A stretch of DNA of 64,000 nt from the NCBI GenBank assembly GCA_965209225.1, contig OZ242379.1:1421289-1485288 (forward strand). The letters are read 5' to 3'. Positions within the stretch are counted from its first letter, which is position 1; every line of letters starts with the position of its first letter. Source of the DNA: Thermodesulfobacteriota bacterium. Its GTDB lineage: Bacteria; Desulfobacterota_D; UBA1144; Nemesobacterales; Nemesobacteraceae. Positions 38,047 through 49,209 of the stretch are shown here, one piece after another. The notes beneath the pieces were generated by a model. It worked only from the letters and a program-made list of their open reading frames with translations. It had not been told where the DNA came from and did not search any database. A program made the position numbers and the translations under genes.

Positions 38047-39297
38047 ATGAGTCATCTAAGGACGGTTGATGAGCGGATAGCGGAAGTTATCCGTATGGAA
38101 ACACAGCGCCAGGAATGGAAACTCGAGATGATAGCGTCTGAGAACTACGTCAGCGATGCCGTCATGGAGGCCATGGGGTCTGTGCTTACTAACAAATATG
38201 CCGAAGGTCTCCCCGGAAGGCGTTATTACGGAGGTTGTGAATTCGTTGACGTGGCCGAGGACCTGGCGCGAGACAGGGCCCTTGAGCTTTTCGGTGCTGA
38301 CGCCGTTAATGTGCAACCGCACTCGGGAGCCCAGGCGAACATGGCCGTGTTCTTCGCCGCGCTTAAGCCTGGAGAGACTGTCTTGGGCATGAGGCTTGAC
38401 CACGGAGGACATCTTACCCACGGACACCCCGTTAATTTTTCGGGACGGCTCTACAATGTCGTTGCCTACGGGGTTTCAAAGGAAACGGGAACAATCGATT
38501 ACGACGAGCTGAGGGAGCTTGCCCTGGAACACTCCCCGGGGCTCATAATCGCCGGCTGGAGCGCTTACCCGAGGGACGTTGACTACGCGAAATTCAGAAG
38601 CATAGCGGATGAGTGCGGGGCGCTTTTGCTGGCGGACATAGCGCATCCGGCGGGACTTGTGGTTGCCGGACTTCACTCGGACCCCGTGCCCCACTGCGAT
38701 TTCGTGACGACTACCACCCATAAAACCCTCAGGGGACCGCGAGGCGGCATGGTAATGATGAAGGAGCGGCACGCAAAGACCATAAACAGCAGGGTTTTTC
38801 CCGGAACTCAGGGCGGTCCGCTTATGCACGTCATAGCGGCCAAGGCCGTTGCGTTCAAGGAGGCTCTTGCGCCCGAGTTCTTGGAGTACCAGCGCCAGAT
38901 AGTGAAAAACGCACAACGTCTCGGGGAAAATCTCCTGAATGCGGGTCTTAAGCTCGTCTCGGGCGGAACCGATAACCACCTGGTTCTGGTTGATCTCACG
39001 GAGACGGAGTTTACCGGGCAGGTTGTTGAACAGACGCTTGAGCGGGCGGGTATAACGGTCAATAAAAACACTATTCCCTTTGACCCTCGTTCTCCCATGG
39101 TCACAAGCGGCGTAAGGATCGGAACTCCCGCGATTACCACAAGAGGGATGAAGGAGCGGGAAATCGACGCGATATCGGGCTTCATAATGGAAGCTTTTAA
39201 CAATCATGAGAATGAAAAGATTCTCGGTAGAATAAAGGAAGACGTGAAGGAACTGTGCCTGCGTTTTCCAGTTTACGGTCACAGGCTCGGCGGATAA
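38047..39297 (+). CDS. glyA: Serine hydroxymethyltransferase
   Basis: 416 aa; HGGHLTHGH and a PLP-Lys region [13 protein letters not shown]. Confidence 0.92.
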   Translation: MSHLRTVDERIAEVIRMETQRQEWKLEMIASENYVSDAVMEAMGSVLTNKYAEGLPGRRYYGGCEFVDVAEDLARDRALELFGADAVNVQPHSGAQANMAVFFAALKPGETVLGMRLDHGGHLTHGHPVNFSGRLYNVVAYGVSKETGTIDYDELRELALEHSPGLIIAGWSAYPRDVDYAKFRSIADECGALLLADIAHPAGLVVAGLHSDPVPHCDFVTTTTHKTLRGPRGGMVMMKERHAKTINSRVFPGTQGGPLMHVIAAKAVAFKEALAPEFLEYQRQIVKNAQRLGENLLNAGLKLVSGGTDNHLVLVDLTETEFTGQVVEQTLERAGITVNKNTIPFDPRSPMVTSGVRIGTPAITTRGMKEREIDAISGFIMEAFNNHENEKILGRIKEDVKELCLRFPVYGHRLGG

Positions 39298-39299
39298 TA

Positions 39300-39758
39300 A
39301 TGAAGTGTCCTTTCTGCAAATCTGATGACACCAGGGTAGTTGACTCAAGAGAAGGAAAAGACGGTTTTTCCGTCAGAAGGCGCAGGGAGTGCAACGACTG
39401 CCAGGAGAGATTCACCACCTACGAAAGAATCCACCACGCCGAGGTGATGGTGGTTAAAAAGGACGGCCGCAGGCAAGAGTTTGACCGCAACAAGATAATA
39501 GCCGGAATGCGCAAGGCGTGCGAGAAAAGGCCGGTAAGCACCGAGGTCATAGAGGATTTTGTCTCCGGTCTCGAAAAGGACCTTCTCGAGAGGGGAGAGC
39601 GGGAGATATCAAGCGAAGAGATAGGGAAAAAGCTGATAGACAAGCTTTATGATATCGATCAGGTCGCGTACGTAAGGTTCGCTTCGGTCTACAGGTCGTT
39701 TAAGGACGTAAACGAGTTTCTCGACGAGGTAACGGGTCTCCTTAAGGAGAAAAAATAG
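39300..39758 (+). CDS. nrdR: Transcriptional repressor NrdR
   Basis: MKCPFC zinc ribbon followed by an ATP-cone domain. The start was chosen at the internal ATG rather than at the ORF-track start. Confidence 0.85.
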   Translation: MKCPFCKSDDTRVVDSREGKDGFSVRRRRECNDCQERFTTYERIHHAEVMVVKKDGRRQEFDRNKIIAGMRKACEKRPVSTEVIEDFVSGLEKDLLERGEREISSEEIGKKLIDKLYDIDQVAYVRFASVYRSFKDVNEFLDEVTGLLKEKK

Positions 39759-39763
39759 ATTGC

Positions 39764-40546
39764 ATGCTGGTTGATTCCCACGCCCATCTGCTCAGCATTG
39801 AAGACCCCGTGGGCGCCGTGTCAAAAGCTGCGGCCGGGGGAGTCGGAAAAATCATATCCATCGGGACGGGGATTGAGTCCTCGCTTGCGACCATAGAGCT
39901 TTCGAGGAAATACAGGGGAGTTTACGTGTCGGTTGGAATCCATCCGCACTCCGCTTCCGGTTTCAGTGAAGAGGTGATGCGGGAGTTTGAGGGGATGGCC
40001 GAAGATCCCAAGGTAGTGGCGATTGGAGAAACCGGGCTTGATTATCACTACATGAATTCCCCCAGAGAAGATCAGATAAGGTCGTTTGAGGCGCATATGG
40101 ATCTCGCGAGGAGACGCAGTCTCCCTTTCGTGGTTCACGTAAGGGACGCGGAGGAGGAACTGCTTTCAATGCTCCGCGGGGCTGACCTCGGTCCGAGGCC
40201 CGGGGTTATTCACTGTTTTTCGGGGGATTACGAAACGGCGAAAAAGTATCTTGATCTCGGTTTTTTCATCTCCTTCTCCGGCATAGTGACTTTCAAGAAG
40301 GCCGAGGAGGTAAGGGACGCGGCGGCCAGAATACCCATCGAGAGGCTTCTTTACGAGACGGATTCTCCTTACCTGGCGCCGGTGCCCCAGAGGGGAAAAC
40401 CGAATGAGCCGCGCAATGTAGTTTACGTGGCCAGGCTTATTTCAGAACTCAGGGGGCTCTCTCTTGAGGAATTCACTCAGATTGTTTTTGAGAACGTGAC
40501 GGAGCTTTTCCCGAAAGTATCGAAGGACAGAGACGGTCTTATCTAG
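39764..40546 (+). CDS. tatD: TatD-family metal-dependent DNase/hydrolase
   Basis: MLVDSHAHL start and HxH/E/H/H/D ligand positions. Confidence 0.8.
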   Translation: MLVDSHAHLLSIEDPVGAVSKAAAGGVGKIISIGTGIESSLATIELSRKYRGVYVSVGIHPHSASGFSEEVMREFEGMAEDPKVVAIGETGLDYHYMNSPREDQIRSFEAHMDLARRRSLPFVVHVRDAEEELLSMLRGADLGPRPGVIHCFSGDYETAKKYLDLGFFISFSGIVTFKKAEEVRDAAARIPIERLLYETDSPYLAPVPQRGKPNEPRNVVYVARLISELRGLSLEEFTQIVFENVTELFPKVSKDRDGLI

Positions 40547-40572
40547 CTGAAGAAAAATCAAGAGGTGCTTTC

Positions 40573-41523
40573 GTGAGCGGAAAATCAAAAATAGCTGTAA
40601 CGATGGGAGACCCCAACGGGATAGGCCCGGAGGTCTGCATAAGGGCTTTTTACGACGGTTTTTTCGAGGATATATACGATATCGTGTTTGTCGGAAGCGA
40701 ACCGGTGCTCGAGAGGGCTAACGGCGAGTTCGGAAAAGGCTGTCCCCTGTCGATTATAGACCCCACGGATTTTTCCCTGGGGGATATTGAGGCGGGCGTG
40801 AGGTCTGAAAAAGCGGGGAGGGCCTCTGTTGTGTGCATAGAAAAGGCCGTGGCCATGGCCCTTGCGGGAGAAGTTGACGCCATAGTTACGGCTCCCATAA
40901 GCAAGAGATCCATACACATGGCCGGTTCTACTTACCCGGGACACACGGAAATGCTTATGGACCTCACAGGTTCTGAGAACGTGGTAATGCTCTTTGAAGG
41001 AACGAGGTTCCGCGTCGCGCCCGTGACGATACACGTTCCCCTTCGTGAGGTTCCGGACATGATTACGGAAGAAAGCGTTTATGTGACCGTCTCCATATCC
41101 GCCCGGGAACTCAAAAAAAGATTCGGCGTCGAAGATCCCAAGATAGTTGTCTGCGGGCTCAACCCGCACGCCGGAGAGTCGGGATCTTTCGGAAACGAGG
41201 AGCAGGAGCATATAATTCCGGCTCTTGAGAGGGCGAGAGCCGAGGGAATATCTGTCGAGGGACCACTGCCCGCGGACACTCTTTTCTACGATGCTCTTCG
41301 CGGCAAGTGGGACCTTGTGGTCGCCATGTACCACGACCAAGGCTTCGTGCCCTTCAAGATGCTTTCTTTCGATACCGGGGTTAACGTGACTCTTGGACTG
41401 CCTATACTGCGGACTTCTCCTGACCACGGAACCGCTTTTGACATAGCGTGGAAGGGCGCGGCGCGCCCCGAGAGCATGATTCAGGCGATAAAAGTAGCCA
41501 TGGAGATATGCGACGTGAGGTAA
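40573..41523 (+). CDS. pdxA: 4-hydroxythreonine-4-phosphate dehydrogenase
   Basis: IAVTMGDPNGIGPEV N-terminus and PdxA-family length. Confidence 0.8.
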   Translation: MSGKSKIAVTMGDPNGIGPEVCIRAFYDGFFEDIYDIVFVGSEPVLERANGEFGKGCPLSIIDPTDFSLGDIEAGVRSEKAGRASVVCIEKAVAMALAGEVDAIVTAPISKRSIHMAGSTYPGHTEMLMDLTGSENVVMLFEGTRFRVAPVTIHVPLREVPDMITEESVYVTVSISARELKKRFGVEDPKIVVCGLNPHAGESGSFGNEEQEHIIPALERARAEGISVEGPLPADTLFYDALRGKWDLVVAMYHDQGFVPFKMLSFDTGVNVTLGLPILRTSPDHGTAFDIAWKGAARPESMIQAIKVAMEICDVR

Positions 41524-41593
41524 TAAAGCGCGTCGGCGCCGCAGCAACAGGCTTCAAAGGACAGAAAGTACAGACTTCTGTCTTCATAGGGGA

Positions 41594-43117
41594 TCAGTTT
41601 GATTGCGGTATCCCGGACCCGACTATTTTGCCTGTAAATCCGGGAGGTCTGGAAATGGCTTCACCGGACGGCGGTTCCGCTGATGAAACTCTTGTTCTGC
41701 CCTCTTCTCTCTCGGCAGGAGGACAAGTACCGCTGCCCCGATAGGCAAGAGCTGTTTTGAGAAGAATCTCTTCAGGGTCACCGAGCTGGTGGTTAAAGTC
41801 TTCTGCAACTTGGCAGTGGGGAGTAAAACCATCTTCGAAATCTGCCTCGCCCTTGGCATTTACCCCCCTGAAGTTAATGGAATTGTAAACAGTGCCGCAG
41901 TTCTCAGTTGGAGAGAAACCGTAGGGTTTGCCGCAGGTAGCCGACCCGATTCGGATTACTTCTATGTCAATACCGAGCAAACTGTTTATGACTGATTCGC
42001 TTGCTGAGCAGGTTCGGGGGCTTGTAAGAACAAACAGGCGAGGCAAGCCGAGACTGGGAACCGTTAAGTCTGTGTCGCCAACTATGTCATCCGCCGCAAA
42101 TTCAAAGGTGAACTCCCAGCTATCCGACGGGACCTTGCCGTTTGTCTCAAACTTTTCGAAAACAAGACCCTCTTTTTCAGCTCCGGCGACCATGGACGAT
42201 AATATTTGTGCTACATAGACAAGTCCGCCGCCGTTATAGCGAAGATCAACGATCAGGTCGTTAATGCCTGCGTTTTCCAGATGGTTGCCCGCTTCCACGA
42301 TAGCTTGTGCGGCAGGCGCGTTGTGAGCGTTAAACAGCATGTAACCTACGCGGTTTCCACCGGGAGCGGCAAGGATTTTCACGTTCTGAACCGGATGAGA
42401 AGTTATTTCCATGGAAGTCATGGTTACCGTGCGAGGAGTCTGTGACCCGAGGTCCAGGACAGTGAACGTGTGGCTCTCCCCCGCTGTGTTTGGAAACAGG
42501 CCGTTGTTTAATACGTCTATGTTATCCGAGTCCAAGATCGCTTCGCCGTCAACCTCGAGAATCCGTGCGCCGCGGGAAAGATTGACATCGGGAGCGGTAG
42601 CCGACGAACCGGGTTCTGTGTAGGCGATCCTTACATCTCGCGGCGGGGAGGATCGCAGAAGCACGAATTCGGCGCCGTATCCTATATCAATGCTTGCTCT
42701 GTTTGCCAGGAATTCCGCGGTGGGTACGGTGAAATGAAACCTATCCTTGGGAGATCCGGAAGCAGTTGTTTCAAAGGTCTTCATCAAGTCAAAGTAGACT
42801 GGAGTGCTGCAGCAGGCTGGGTCCTGATCTTTGATCTCATCGTACCAGAGATAATTTTCGTGACTCCAGGACCGAAGCCAGTTGTTTTCATCCGCGTAAA
42901 TGCCGGGAGAAGAGATACTCCTGTAGTAAGCCTTACTGATGTCGGCGCAGGTATCTGCGAAGATATCACTGGGAAGGAACACCGGTTCCTCCGCTGGAGC
43001 TGTTTCATAAGTGTCACCGCAACCGAGAAAAACCGATACTCCGAGCAGCGCCAGACATATCGCGAGCAGGTGTTTCGGGGGTATGTATCGGGAAAGGCGG
43101 TTTTTCCTTTTGTGCAT
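41594..43117 (-). CDS. S41-family (C-terminal processing) peptidase lipoprotein
   Basis: LGCG lipobox, a DLRYNGGG motif and a CSASES catalytic Ser context. Confidence 0.65.
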   Translation of the reverse strand: MHKRKNRLSRYIPPKHLLAICLALLGVSVFLGCGDTYETAPAEEPVFLPSDIFADTCADISKAYYRSISSPGIYADENNWLRSWSHENYLWYDEIKDQDPACCSTPVYFDLMKTFETTASGSPKDRFHFTVPTAEFLANRASIDIGYGAEFVLLRSSPPRDVRIAYTEPGSSATAPDVNLSRGARILEVDGEAILDSDNIDVLNNGLFPNTAGESHTFTVLDLGSQTPRTVTMTSMEITSHPVQNVKILAAPGGNRVGYMLFNAHNAPAAQAIVEAGNHLENAGINDLIVDLRYNGGGLVYVAQILSSMVAGAEKEGLVFEKFETNGKVPSDSWEFTFEFAADDIVGDTDLTVPSLGLPRLFVLTSPRTCSASESVINSLLGIDIEVIRIGSATCGKPYGFSPTENCGTVYNSINFRGVNAKGEADFEDGFTPHCQVAEDFNHQLGDPEEILLKTALAYRGSGTCPPAEREEGRTRVSSAEPPSGEAISRPPGFTGKIVGSGIPQSN

Positions 43118-43613
43118 AGCGGATCTCCTCTGATTAGATGACAGTGTGGACTGGCTGGATGTACATTATCGCCGAACGATCTTACTTGTCAACGTGGGGG
43201 TGGTGGTTCAACCGGTTCTGACGGAAGTGGCGGTGGTGGTTCTGGCGGCGTTATCTCACCTAATTCTGGCTACGAGGTTCCGGCGGAGCTTGCGGAAGAT
43301 GAGATCTCACCGCCTCCGCAGCCCGCAAAACCAAGTATTGCAACCAGTGCCAGCAGTATCCACAGGCATTGTGACATTAATTCACCCGAAAAACAGCGTG
43401 TCTTCCTTTTCCTCAGGAGAGGCGTTTTCCTGCTCCAGCCCCCAGTATTTTATATGCCCGGTTTTTCAAGCGTGGCAGGCAGCTAGCGGCGGGTGTTGCA
43501 GCAGAATGGCGAGATGTGTCGAGGCGCCTGCATTTTCGGTCTTTCCAAGGGTCAGCGAATTCTTTCGGAGTAAATTCTCTCATCCGGGCTCTCGAGACCC
43601 GGCCTGATCTTGG

Positions 43614-44363
43614 TTACATACGGTTTCTGGAGGTTTCGGATTCTACCAGCAGGGGAAGTATTTCTCCCGATTTTCCAATTACGCTTGCGTCGTAAAGACC
43701 CGTGCCCGGGGTTATCTCGATATTGATTTCGACTACGGGCTTTTCGCTTTTTTTCGCTATGAGTCCCATCGAAGCCGCAGGCTCAACCACCCCGGAGGTT
43801 CCCACTATCAGCAGAAGATCGCATTGCTCTATTGCGAACAGGCACCTGTCTATTCTCTCCATAGGGATGATTTCTCCGAACCACACGGTGTTCGGTCTCA
43901 TTGCCGCGTCGCAGGTGCCGCACTTCGGAGGCAGTTCGGGGATAGGCACTTGGTAGTTTTTTTCTACCCTTTCACATTCCGTGCATTTGATTTCCCAGAG
44001 ACTTCCGTGAAGTTCTATTACGTTTCGTGTCCCGGACGCGAAGTGAAGGCCGTCTACGTTTTGCGTTATGAGTGTGAAATCCTTTTTTTCCTTCTCAAGC
44101 GCGGTTATCGCGAAGTGGCCGGGATTGGGCTTGGCGTTTTTCATTATGGCTCTTCTTGAGTCATACCACTCCCACACCAGCTTAGGATTCCTGAAAAAGG
44201 CCTCGGGTGTCGCAAGCTCGTGGGGATCGTAATTTCTCCAGATCCCTTCTTCTCCCCTGTATGTGGGAATACCGCTTTCAGCCGAGATTCCGGCCCCCGT
44301 AAGAACAACGATTTCCTTGGAATTGCTTACAAGTTCGTACGCTTTTGATATCTCTTTTTCCAT
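43614..44363 (-). CDS. cobB: NAD-dependent protein deacylase (Sir2 family)
   Basis: GAGISAESGIPTYRG, a Zn-ribbon CxxC...CxxC, and QNVDGLH. Confidence 0.85.
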   Translation of the reverse strand: MEKEISKAYELVSNSKEIVVLTGAGISAESGIPTYRGEEGIWRNYDPHELATPEAFFRNPKLVWEWYDSRRAIMKNAKPNPGHFAITALEKEKKDFTLITQNVDGLHFASGTRNVIELHGSLWEIKCTECERVEKNYQVPIPELPPKCGTCDAAMRPNTVWFGEIIPMERIDRCLFAIEQCDLLLIVGTSGVVEPAASMGLIAKKSEKPVVEINIEITPGTGLYDASVIGKSGEILPLLVESETSRNRM

Positions 44364-44480
44364 GCTCGGGATATGTTAACCGTTTCACAGGTCTTTTCCC
44401 ATTGCTGACCGTAAAAACAGGTTGAGGGAGCGTGGGACTTTCTTGACAATTCATCCCCTGATACTAACCTTGTCTGTGTT

Positions 44481-44840
44481 GTGTTAGAGCAGTATGTTCC
44501 CGTCTTCCTGATAATAGTAATAGCGATCGTTCTGGCCGCGGCGCTTCTGTCCGTTTCCTATCTGCTCGGCCCTAAAAGATACGGAAGCTGGCGCAAGCTG
44601 ATTCCGTATGAATCGGGGATGGTCCCCAGGGGAGACGCGAGGGAGAAGGTTTCACTCAAGTATTACCTCATAGGAGCCCTTTTCATACTGTTTGACATAG
44701 AAATCGTGTTCCTCGTAGCCTGGGCGGTCGTGTTCAGGGAGCTTGGGATGGTGGCGCTTATCGAGGTGCTGGCATTCCTTTTTGTTGTGATGGGCGGGTA
44801 CTTTTACGTTCTCAAGAAAGGAGCTTTGGAATGGGAGTAA
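44481..44840 (+). CDS. nuoA: NADH-quinone oxidoreductase subunit A
   Basis: 119 aa, 3-TM ND3-like protein. Confidence 0.85.
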   Translation: MLEQYVPVFLIIVIAIVLAAALLSVSYLLGPKRYGSWRKLIPYESGMVPRGDAREKVSLKYYLIGALFILFDIEIVFLVAWAVVFRELGMVALIEVLAFLFVVMGGYFYVLKKGALEWE

Positions 44841-45316
44841 GCAGCGGGTCGCTTCTCGGCGGAGACGGTTTTCTCACGACCAAGGTCTCCGCGGTTGCCA
44901 ACTGGGGAAGGAAAAACAGCCTGTGGCCGATGGCTTTCGGAACCGCCTGCTGCGCGATTGAGATGATGGGGACTTTCTCCTCGAGGTTTGATATCGCGAG
45001 GTTCGGAGCCGAAGCCGTGAGATTCTCGCCGAGACAGGCGGACCTGATGATAGTTTCCGGTACCATAACCTACAAGATGGCGTCGGTCTGCAGAAGGATC
45101 TACGAACAGATGCCCGAGCCCAAGTGGGTAATAGCGATGGGGTCGTGCACGTGCGGTGGCGGGCCTTTTGACAGTTACGCCGTTGTTCAGGGAATAGACG
45201 AGTTCCTTCCGGTGGATGTTTACGTTGGCGGCTGTCCCCCGAGGCCCGAAGCCCTTATTGACGCCGTCATGAAAATTCAGAAGAAAATAGATAACGAGGG
45301 ACCTCCGATCGTATGA
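44831..45316 (+). CDS. nuoB: NADH-quinone oxidoreductase subunit B
   Basis: Fe-S motifs CCAIEMM and GSCTCGGGP. Confidence 0.9.
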   Translation: MGVSSGSLLGGDGFLTTKVSAVANWGRKNSLWPMAFGTACCAIEMMGTFSSRFDIARFGAEAVRFSPRQADLMIVSGTITYKMASVCRRIYEQMPEPKWVIAMGSCTCGGGPFDSYAVVQGIDEFLPVDVYVGGCPPRPEALIDAVMKIQKKIDNEGPPIV

Positions 45317-45831
45317 CCTCCCCACCTGACCCTGTCGATCAAATAAGGGAAAAAATAAGCGGGTACATCCTCTCGGAGAGCACATTCCGTGGGGAAACCA
45401 CCTTTATTGTAAAGGCGGAATCGATAGTCGAGTGCTGTTCGGTTCTTAAAAACACCCTCGGTTTTACCTATCTTGTGGACGTTACGGTTGTCGACTACCT
45501 GACCGTTAAATTTCCAAGGTACGAGGTTGTCTACCTCCTTCACCGCTTTGGTGAGAACTACGAAGAGAACCTGAAAATAAGGCTCAAGGCTGCTATTGAG
45601 CAGTGCAGCCCCGCAATTGATTCCGTAACGTCGGTGTGGTCCGGGGCGGACTGGCTTGAGAGAGAAGCCTACGATATGTTCGGGATAACTTTCAGGGGAC
45701 ATCCCGACCTGAGAAGAATACTGATGCCCGAGGATTACGATCAGTTTCCGCTGAGAAAGGATTTCGACGTGAGAGACAGGGAATCTTCGAAGAGATGTTT
45801 TGAGCGGGCTCTTGATGAAGGGCTTGAGTGA
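45313..45831 (+). CDS. nuoC: NADH-quinone oxidoreductase subunit C (30 kDa)
   Basis: 172 aa in the conserved operon position; ERE(A/V)YDMFGI motif. Confidence 0.85.
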   Translation: MTSPPDPVDQIREKISGYILSESTFRGETTFIVKAESIVECCSVLKNTLGFTYLVDVTVVDYLTVKFPRYEVVYLLHRFGENYEENLKIRLKAAIEQCSPAIDSVTSVWSGADWLEREAYDMFGITFRGHPDLRRILMPEDYDQFPLRKDFDVRDRESSKRCFERALDEGLE

Positions 45832-47057
45832 TGGAAAGAGTAGAGATTGTCACGGAAGAGCTCGGCACTGAGGCCGACGGTACGAGAAAGCAGACCATGA
45901 TGCTTAACATGGGGCCCCAGCATCCGTCAACCCACGGGGTTCTGCGTGTGGTTCTTTATCTTGACGGGGAGATAGTCCAAGAGGCCGTTCCTCACATCGG
46001 CTACCTGCACAGGGGAATAGAGAAGCTCTGCGAGGACATCACCTACCAGAAATGTCTTCCGTACACCGACAGGATGGACTACCTGGCCTCGATATGCAAC
46101 AACATAGGCTTCATACTGGCCGTTGAGAAGCTCCTCGGGATTGAGGATGAAATTCCCCCGAGGGCCAAGGTGGCCGAGGTGATAATGTTTGAGCTCGGCA
46201 GAATCGAGTCTCATCTCATAGGCATAGGCGCAAACGCCATGGATCTCGGCGCGATGACCGCTTTTCTTTTCTGCTTCAAGGAGCGCGAGCGTATCTACGA
46301 GATTCTCGAGATGGTGTGCGGAGCGAGACTCACGACTTCATACCCCAGGGTGGGGGGCCTCCCCATGGATCTTCCCGAAGATTTCCAAGACACGATAAGG
46401 AATTTTCTTAAGATATTCCCCGAGACCTTAAGCGAGATAGACAGGCTTCTTACGAGAAACAAGATATGGATCGGTCGCACCAAGGATGTGGCGGTTATAA
46501 GCAAGGAGCAGGCGATTGATCTCGGGATTACCGGTCCCATACTCAGAGGAAGCGGCGTTCCCTACGACGTGAGAAAGGCCGTTCCCTACCTTGATTACGA
46601 AAACTACGAGTTCGACATACCGGTCGCCAGTGAAGGAGACGCGTACGCCAGGTATCTATGCAGGATGGAGGAGATGAGACAGAGCCTTCGCATAATCGAG
46701 CAGGCCCTTCGCAATCTTCCCGACGGCCCCTACATAGCCGACCTTCCTGATATCGTCTTGCCCGAAAAAGAGCTTGTCTACACAAAAATGGAGTCCCTGA
46801 TCAGGCATTTCGTGCTTGTCTACAGCGGTTTTGAGACTCCTCCGGGGGAGATATACCACGCCGTGGAGAATCCCAAGGGGGAGCTTGGTTACTACATAGT
46901 AAGCGACGGTACGGGAAAGCCCTACAGGATGCGGGTTCGCGGGCCGTCGTTTGTGAACCTGCAGGCCCTTCCGGGTATGGTAAAAGGGGGATTTGTCTCC
47001 GATGTCGTTGCCGCAATAGGCAGCATTGACATAGTGCTCGGGGAAGTCGACAGGTAG
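45828..47057 (+). CDS. nuoD: NADH-quinone oxidoreductase subunit D (49 kDa)
   Basis: 409 aa with GPQHP, HRGIEKL and LGEVDR at the C-terminus. Confidence 0.9.
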   Translation: MMERVEIVTEELGTEADGTRKQTMMLNMGPQHPSTHGVLRVVLYLDGEIVQEAVPHIGYLHRGIEKLCEDITYQKCLPYTDRMDYLASICNNIGFILAVEKLLGIEDEIPPRAKVAEVIMFELGRIESHLIGIGANAMDLGAMTAFLFCFKERERIYEILEMVCGARLTTSYPRVGGLPMDLPEDFQDTIRNFLKIFPETLSEIDRLLTRNKIWIGRTKDVAVISKEQAIDLGITGPILRGSGVPYDVRKAVPYLDYENYEFDIPVASEGDAYARYLCRMEEMRQSLRIIEQALRNLPDGPYIADLPDIVLPEKELVYTKMESLIRHFVLVYSGFETPPGEIYHAVENPKGELGYYIVSDGTGKPYRMRVRGPSFVNLQALPGMVKGGFVSDVVAAIGSIDIVLGEVDR

Positions 47058-47146
47058 GAGTAGGGGGGGGGTAATCAGGGCATTTGGCTGGTTTGTCGCG
47101 CGCTTTTGGAGAAAACACCGACGCATGTTAGAATTATCGGCGGTTT

Positions 47147-48490
47147 ATGAGCAGTTTGCCCGAATATCTTGAACGCGGAGAAAAAGCGCGTCTTTTTCCG
47201 GTGCTGGCGGACACTTCAAAGGAGGGCCGCAGCACTTCAATTCTTCTTTCCTGCCTTGTGCATGTGCGCGAATTCGGCCAGGCGATGCTGGGTTCCGTCA
47301 ACCAGCGCGTCGGGAAACTTGCGAGCCTCGCGGCGTACACCGAAGTCACATTCGCGGACCGAGGGGAGGAAAAAGCGCACAGGCCGGACGGGCTGATCGT
47401 GCTCAAGGTTGGCAGGCGCCGGTGGAAAGCGCTGGTCGAAACGAAGACCGGCAACGTCAAGCTCGATGAGGAGCAGCTTGCCGCCTACATGCGCTTGGCC
47501 AGAGAACATAACATTGATGCCGTGATAACCGTCTCAAACCAGTTCACCTCGAGACCGGATCATCACCCTCTCAAGCTCTCCGCCAAAATGCGCTCAAGGG
47601 TGAAAGTCTATCACTGGTCATGGATGTACATTATTACGCAGGCCGACCTGCTGATTTCCAATGACGACATTGAAGACGAGGACCAGTATTTTGTTCTCTC
47701 CGAGATGTTGAGATTCCTGACGCATGCGAGCACGGGGGTAAAAGCTTTTGATCGCATGCCCGAGGCATGGCCCGGTATCGTGCAGAAAATCGCCGCCGGC
47801 GCTTCGCTCCAGACAAAAAGCGAGGAAGTGCAGGATATAGTGGCCGCTTGGCATCAGGAAGTCAGAGACATCTCTCTTCTGCTGACGCGCAAGGTCAATG
47901 TGAAAGTTGAAGTCAGTCTGCCGCGTTCCCACGTTCTGGACCCGGCGGCACGTGCAAAGAAAGACGCCTACGAACTTGCCGAAAAGCAGACGCTTTATGC
48001 CGGACTTAAGATTCAAGATGCGGCAGCACCGATTGAGTTGGTCGTCGATATCGGAAAACGGACGATCAGCGCGTCAATGACGCTTGAAGCTCCCGGCAAC
48101 AGAAAAACCACCCCGGCCCGTCTCAACTGGCTGCTCCGCCAGCTGCGGAAAACCTCCGAAACGGATATCCATATCAGACTGATCTGGCCCGGACGAAGGC
48201 CTCGCACGCAGTATACGCTTGGGGAACTGAGAGAGAATTCGGCGATGGCTTCCGCAAGCGGTCAGGATCTTCCCGTCGCCAGATTTGAAGTATGCATGAT
48301 CCGTCAGCTGGGCAGACGTTTCAGTCAGCGCAAAAGCTTCATTGACGAACTGGAGCAGATGGTGTCAGGGTTTTACGAAACCGCCGGTCAGCACCTGCGT
48401 GCGTACCAGCCCCCCGCCCCCAAGGTAAGCGAAGACAGAACCGCCCCGCAAAGCGTTACTCCCGAAGGATTGCAGCGCACTGAAGAATAA
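47147..48490 (+). CDS. Hypothetical protein with a PD-(D/E)xK-like nuclease motif (RPDGLIVL...ALVETK)
   Basis: 447 aa. GC content is visibly higher and Arg codons are CGC/CGG-biased, unlike the neighbouring genes. It is preceded by a G9 tract. Confidence 0.5.
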   Translation: MSSLPEYLERGEKARLFPVLADTSKEGRSTSILLSCLVHVREFGQAMLGSVNQRVGKLASLAAYTEVTFADRGEEKAHRPDGLIVLKVGRRRWKALVETKTGNVKLDEEQLAAYMRLAREHNIDAVITVSNQFTSRPDHHPLKLSAKMRSRVKVYHWSWMYIITQADLLISNDDIEDEDQYFVLSEMLRFLTHASTGVKAFDRMPEAWPGIVQKIAAGASLQTKSEEVQDIVAAWHQEVRDISLLLTRKVNVKVEVSLPRSHVLDPAARAKKDAYELAEKQTLYAGLKIQDAAAPIELVVDIGKRTISASMTLEAPGNRKTTPARLNWLLRQLRKTSETDIHIRLIWPGRRPRTQYTLGELRENSAMASASGQDLPVARFEVCMIRQLGRRFSQRKSFIDELEQMVSGFYETAGQHLRAYQPPAPKVSEDRTAPQSVTPEGLQRTEE

Positions 48491-48549
48491 AAACACGCTC
48501 GCTTTGAAACCCGCGCTGTCGGAGTTGTCAAATGCGATACGGAAAAGAC

Positions 48550-49209
48550 TCAGGGAAAAGCCTCCATCCCTGCTCCCTTCGGTTTTTTGAAACTGAAAAA
48601 CGAATCGGCAATGCCGAGGTTAACTTCCGGGGTGCCCAGTTTTATGACCGTAGTGTTTCCGAAGACATCGCCGATTATGATTTCTCTTAGCATGTAGGTC
48701 TTTGAATCGACCGCTATCCTTACCTGCTTTGACTGCTCCTGGTTTTTCTGTTTCAGGTCAAGGAGGACATTTCCACGCTCGTCTGTGCTTCCGGCACTAG
48801 GTCGGACATCGAAAAGGCGGTCAAGATCCTCCAGTATGGAAATGATGGTATAGGAACCGAGAGAGTCTGCCCAGACGCTTTCAGTTTCCATCTCGGTTAC
48901 CTGGTTCTCCCGGCTGTCGAAATACCAGACCTTCTTTCCGTCAGAAACAATCGTATCTTTCCATGGCTCTTCGTACTGCCACTTCATCATCCCGGGTTTT
49001 TTGAACCACACCTTGCCCGAGGAAGCGATTTTCTCATCAAGGTCCTTTATCCGGGTCACCTGGGTGAATGGAGAACTGAGGTCGTTTATCGAGGAGTATT
49101 TTTTCTGGATGCCGCTTACAACAGTACTTGGATCCTGGGTCCTCGCGGGCTGCGCGGTAAAAAGAAGGGATGTGGCGAAAAGCGCTGCCGCAAGCGCGAT
49201 TTTTTTCAA
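48550..49209 (-). CDS. lolA: Outer-membrane lipoprotein carrier protein LolA
   Basis: Signal peptide plus LolA fold length and motifs. Confidence 0.75.
   Translation of the reverse strand: MKKIALAAALFATSLLFTAQPARTQDPSTVVSGIQKKYSSINDLSSPFTQVTRIKDLDEKIASSGKVWFKKPGMMKWQYEEPWKDTIVSDGKKVWYFDSRENQVTEMETESVWADSLGSYTIISILEDLDRLFDVRPSAGSTDERGNVLLDLKQKNQEQSKQVRIAVDSKTYMLREIIIGDVFGNTTVIKLGTPEVNLGIADSFFSFKKPKGAGMEAFP

Noticed and set aside
43146-43607. 153-aa ORF, and a GGT-rich stretch encoding a Gly/Ser-rich peptide with an LAGC lipobox-like motif in another frame
   Set aside because: It sits in the intergenic region between divergent or convergent genes. No in-frame start codon precedes the lipobox frame, since a TGA lies immediately upstream. 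It looks like a simple GGT-repeat artefact rather than a gene.
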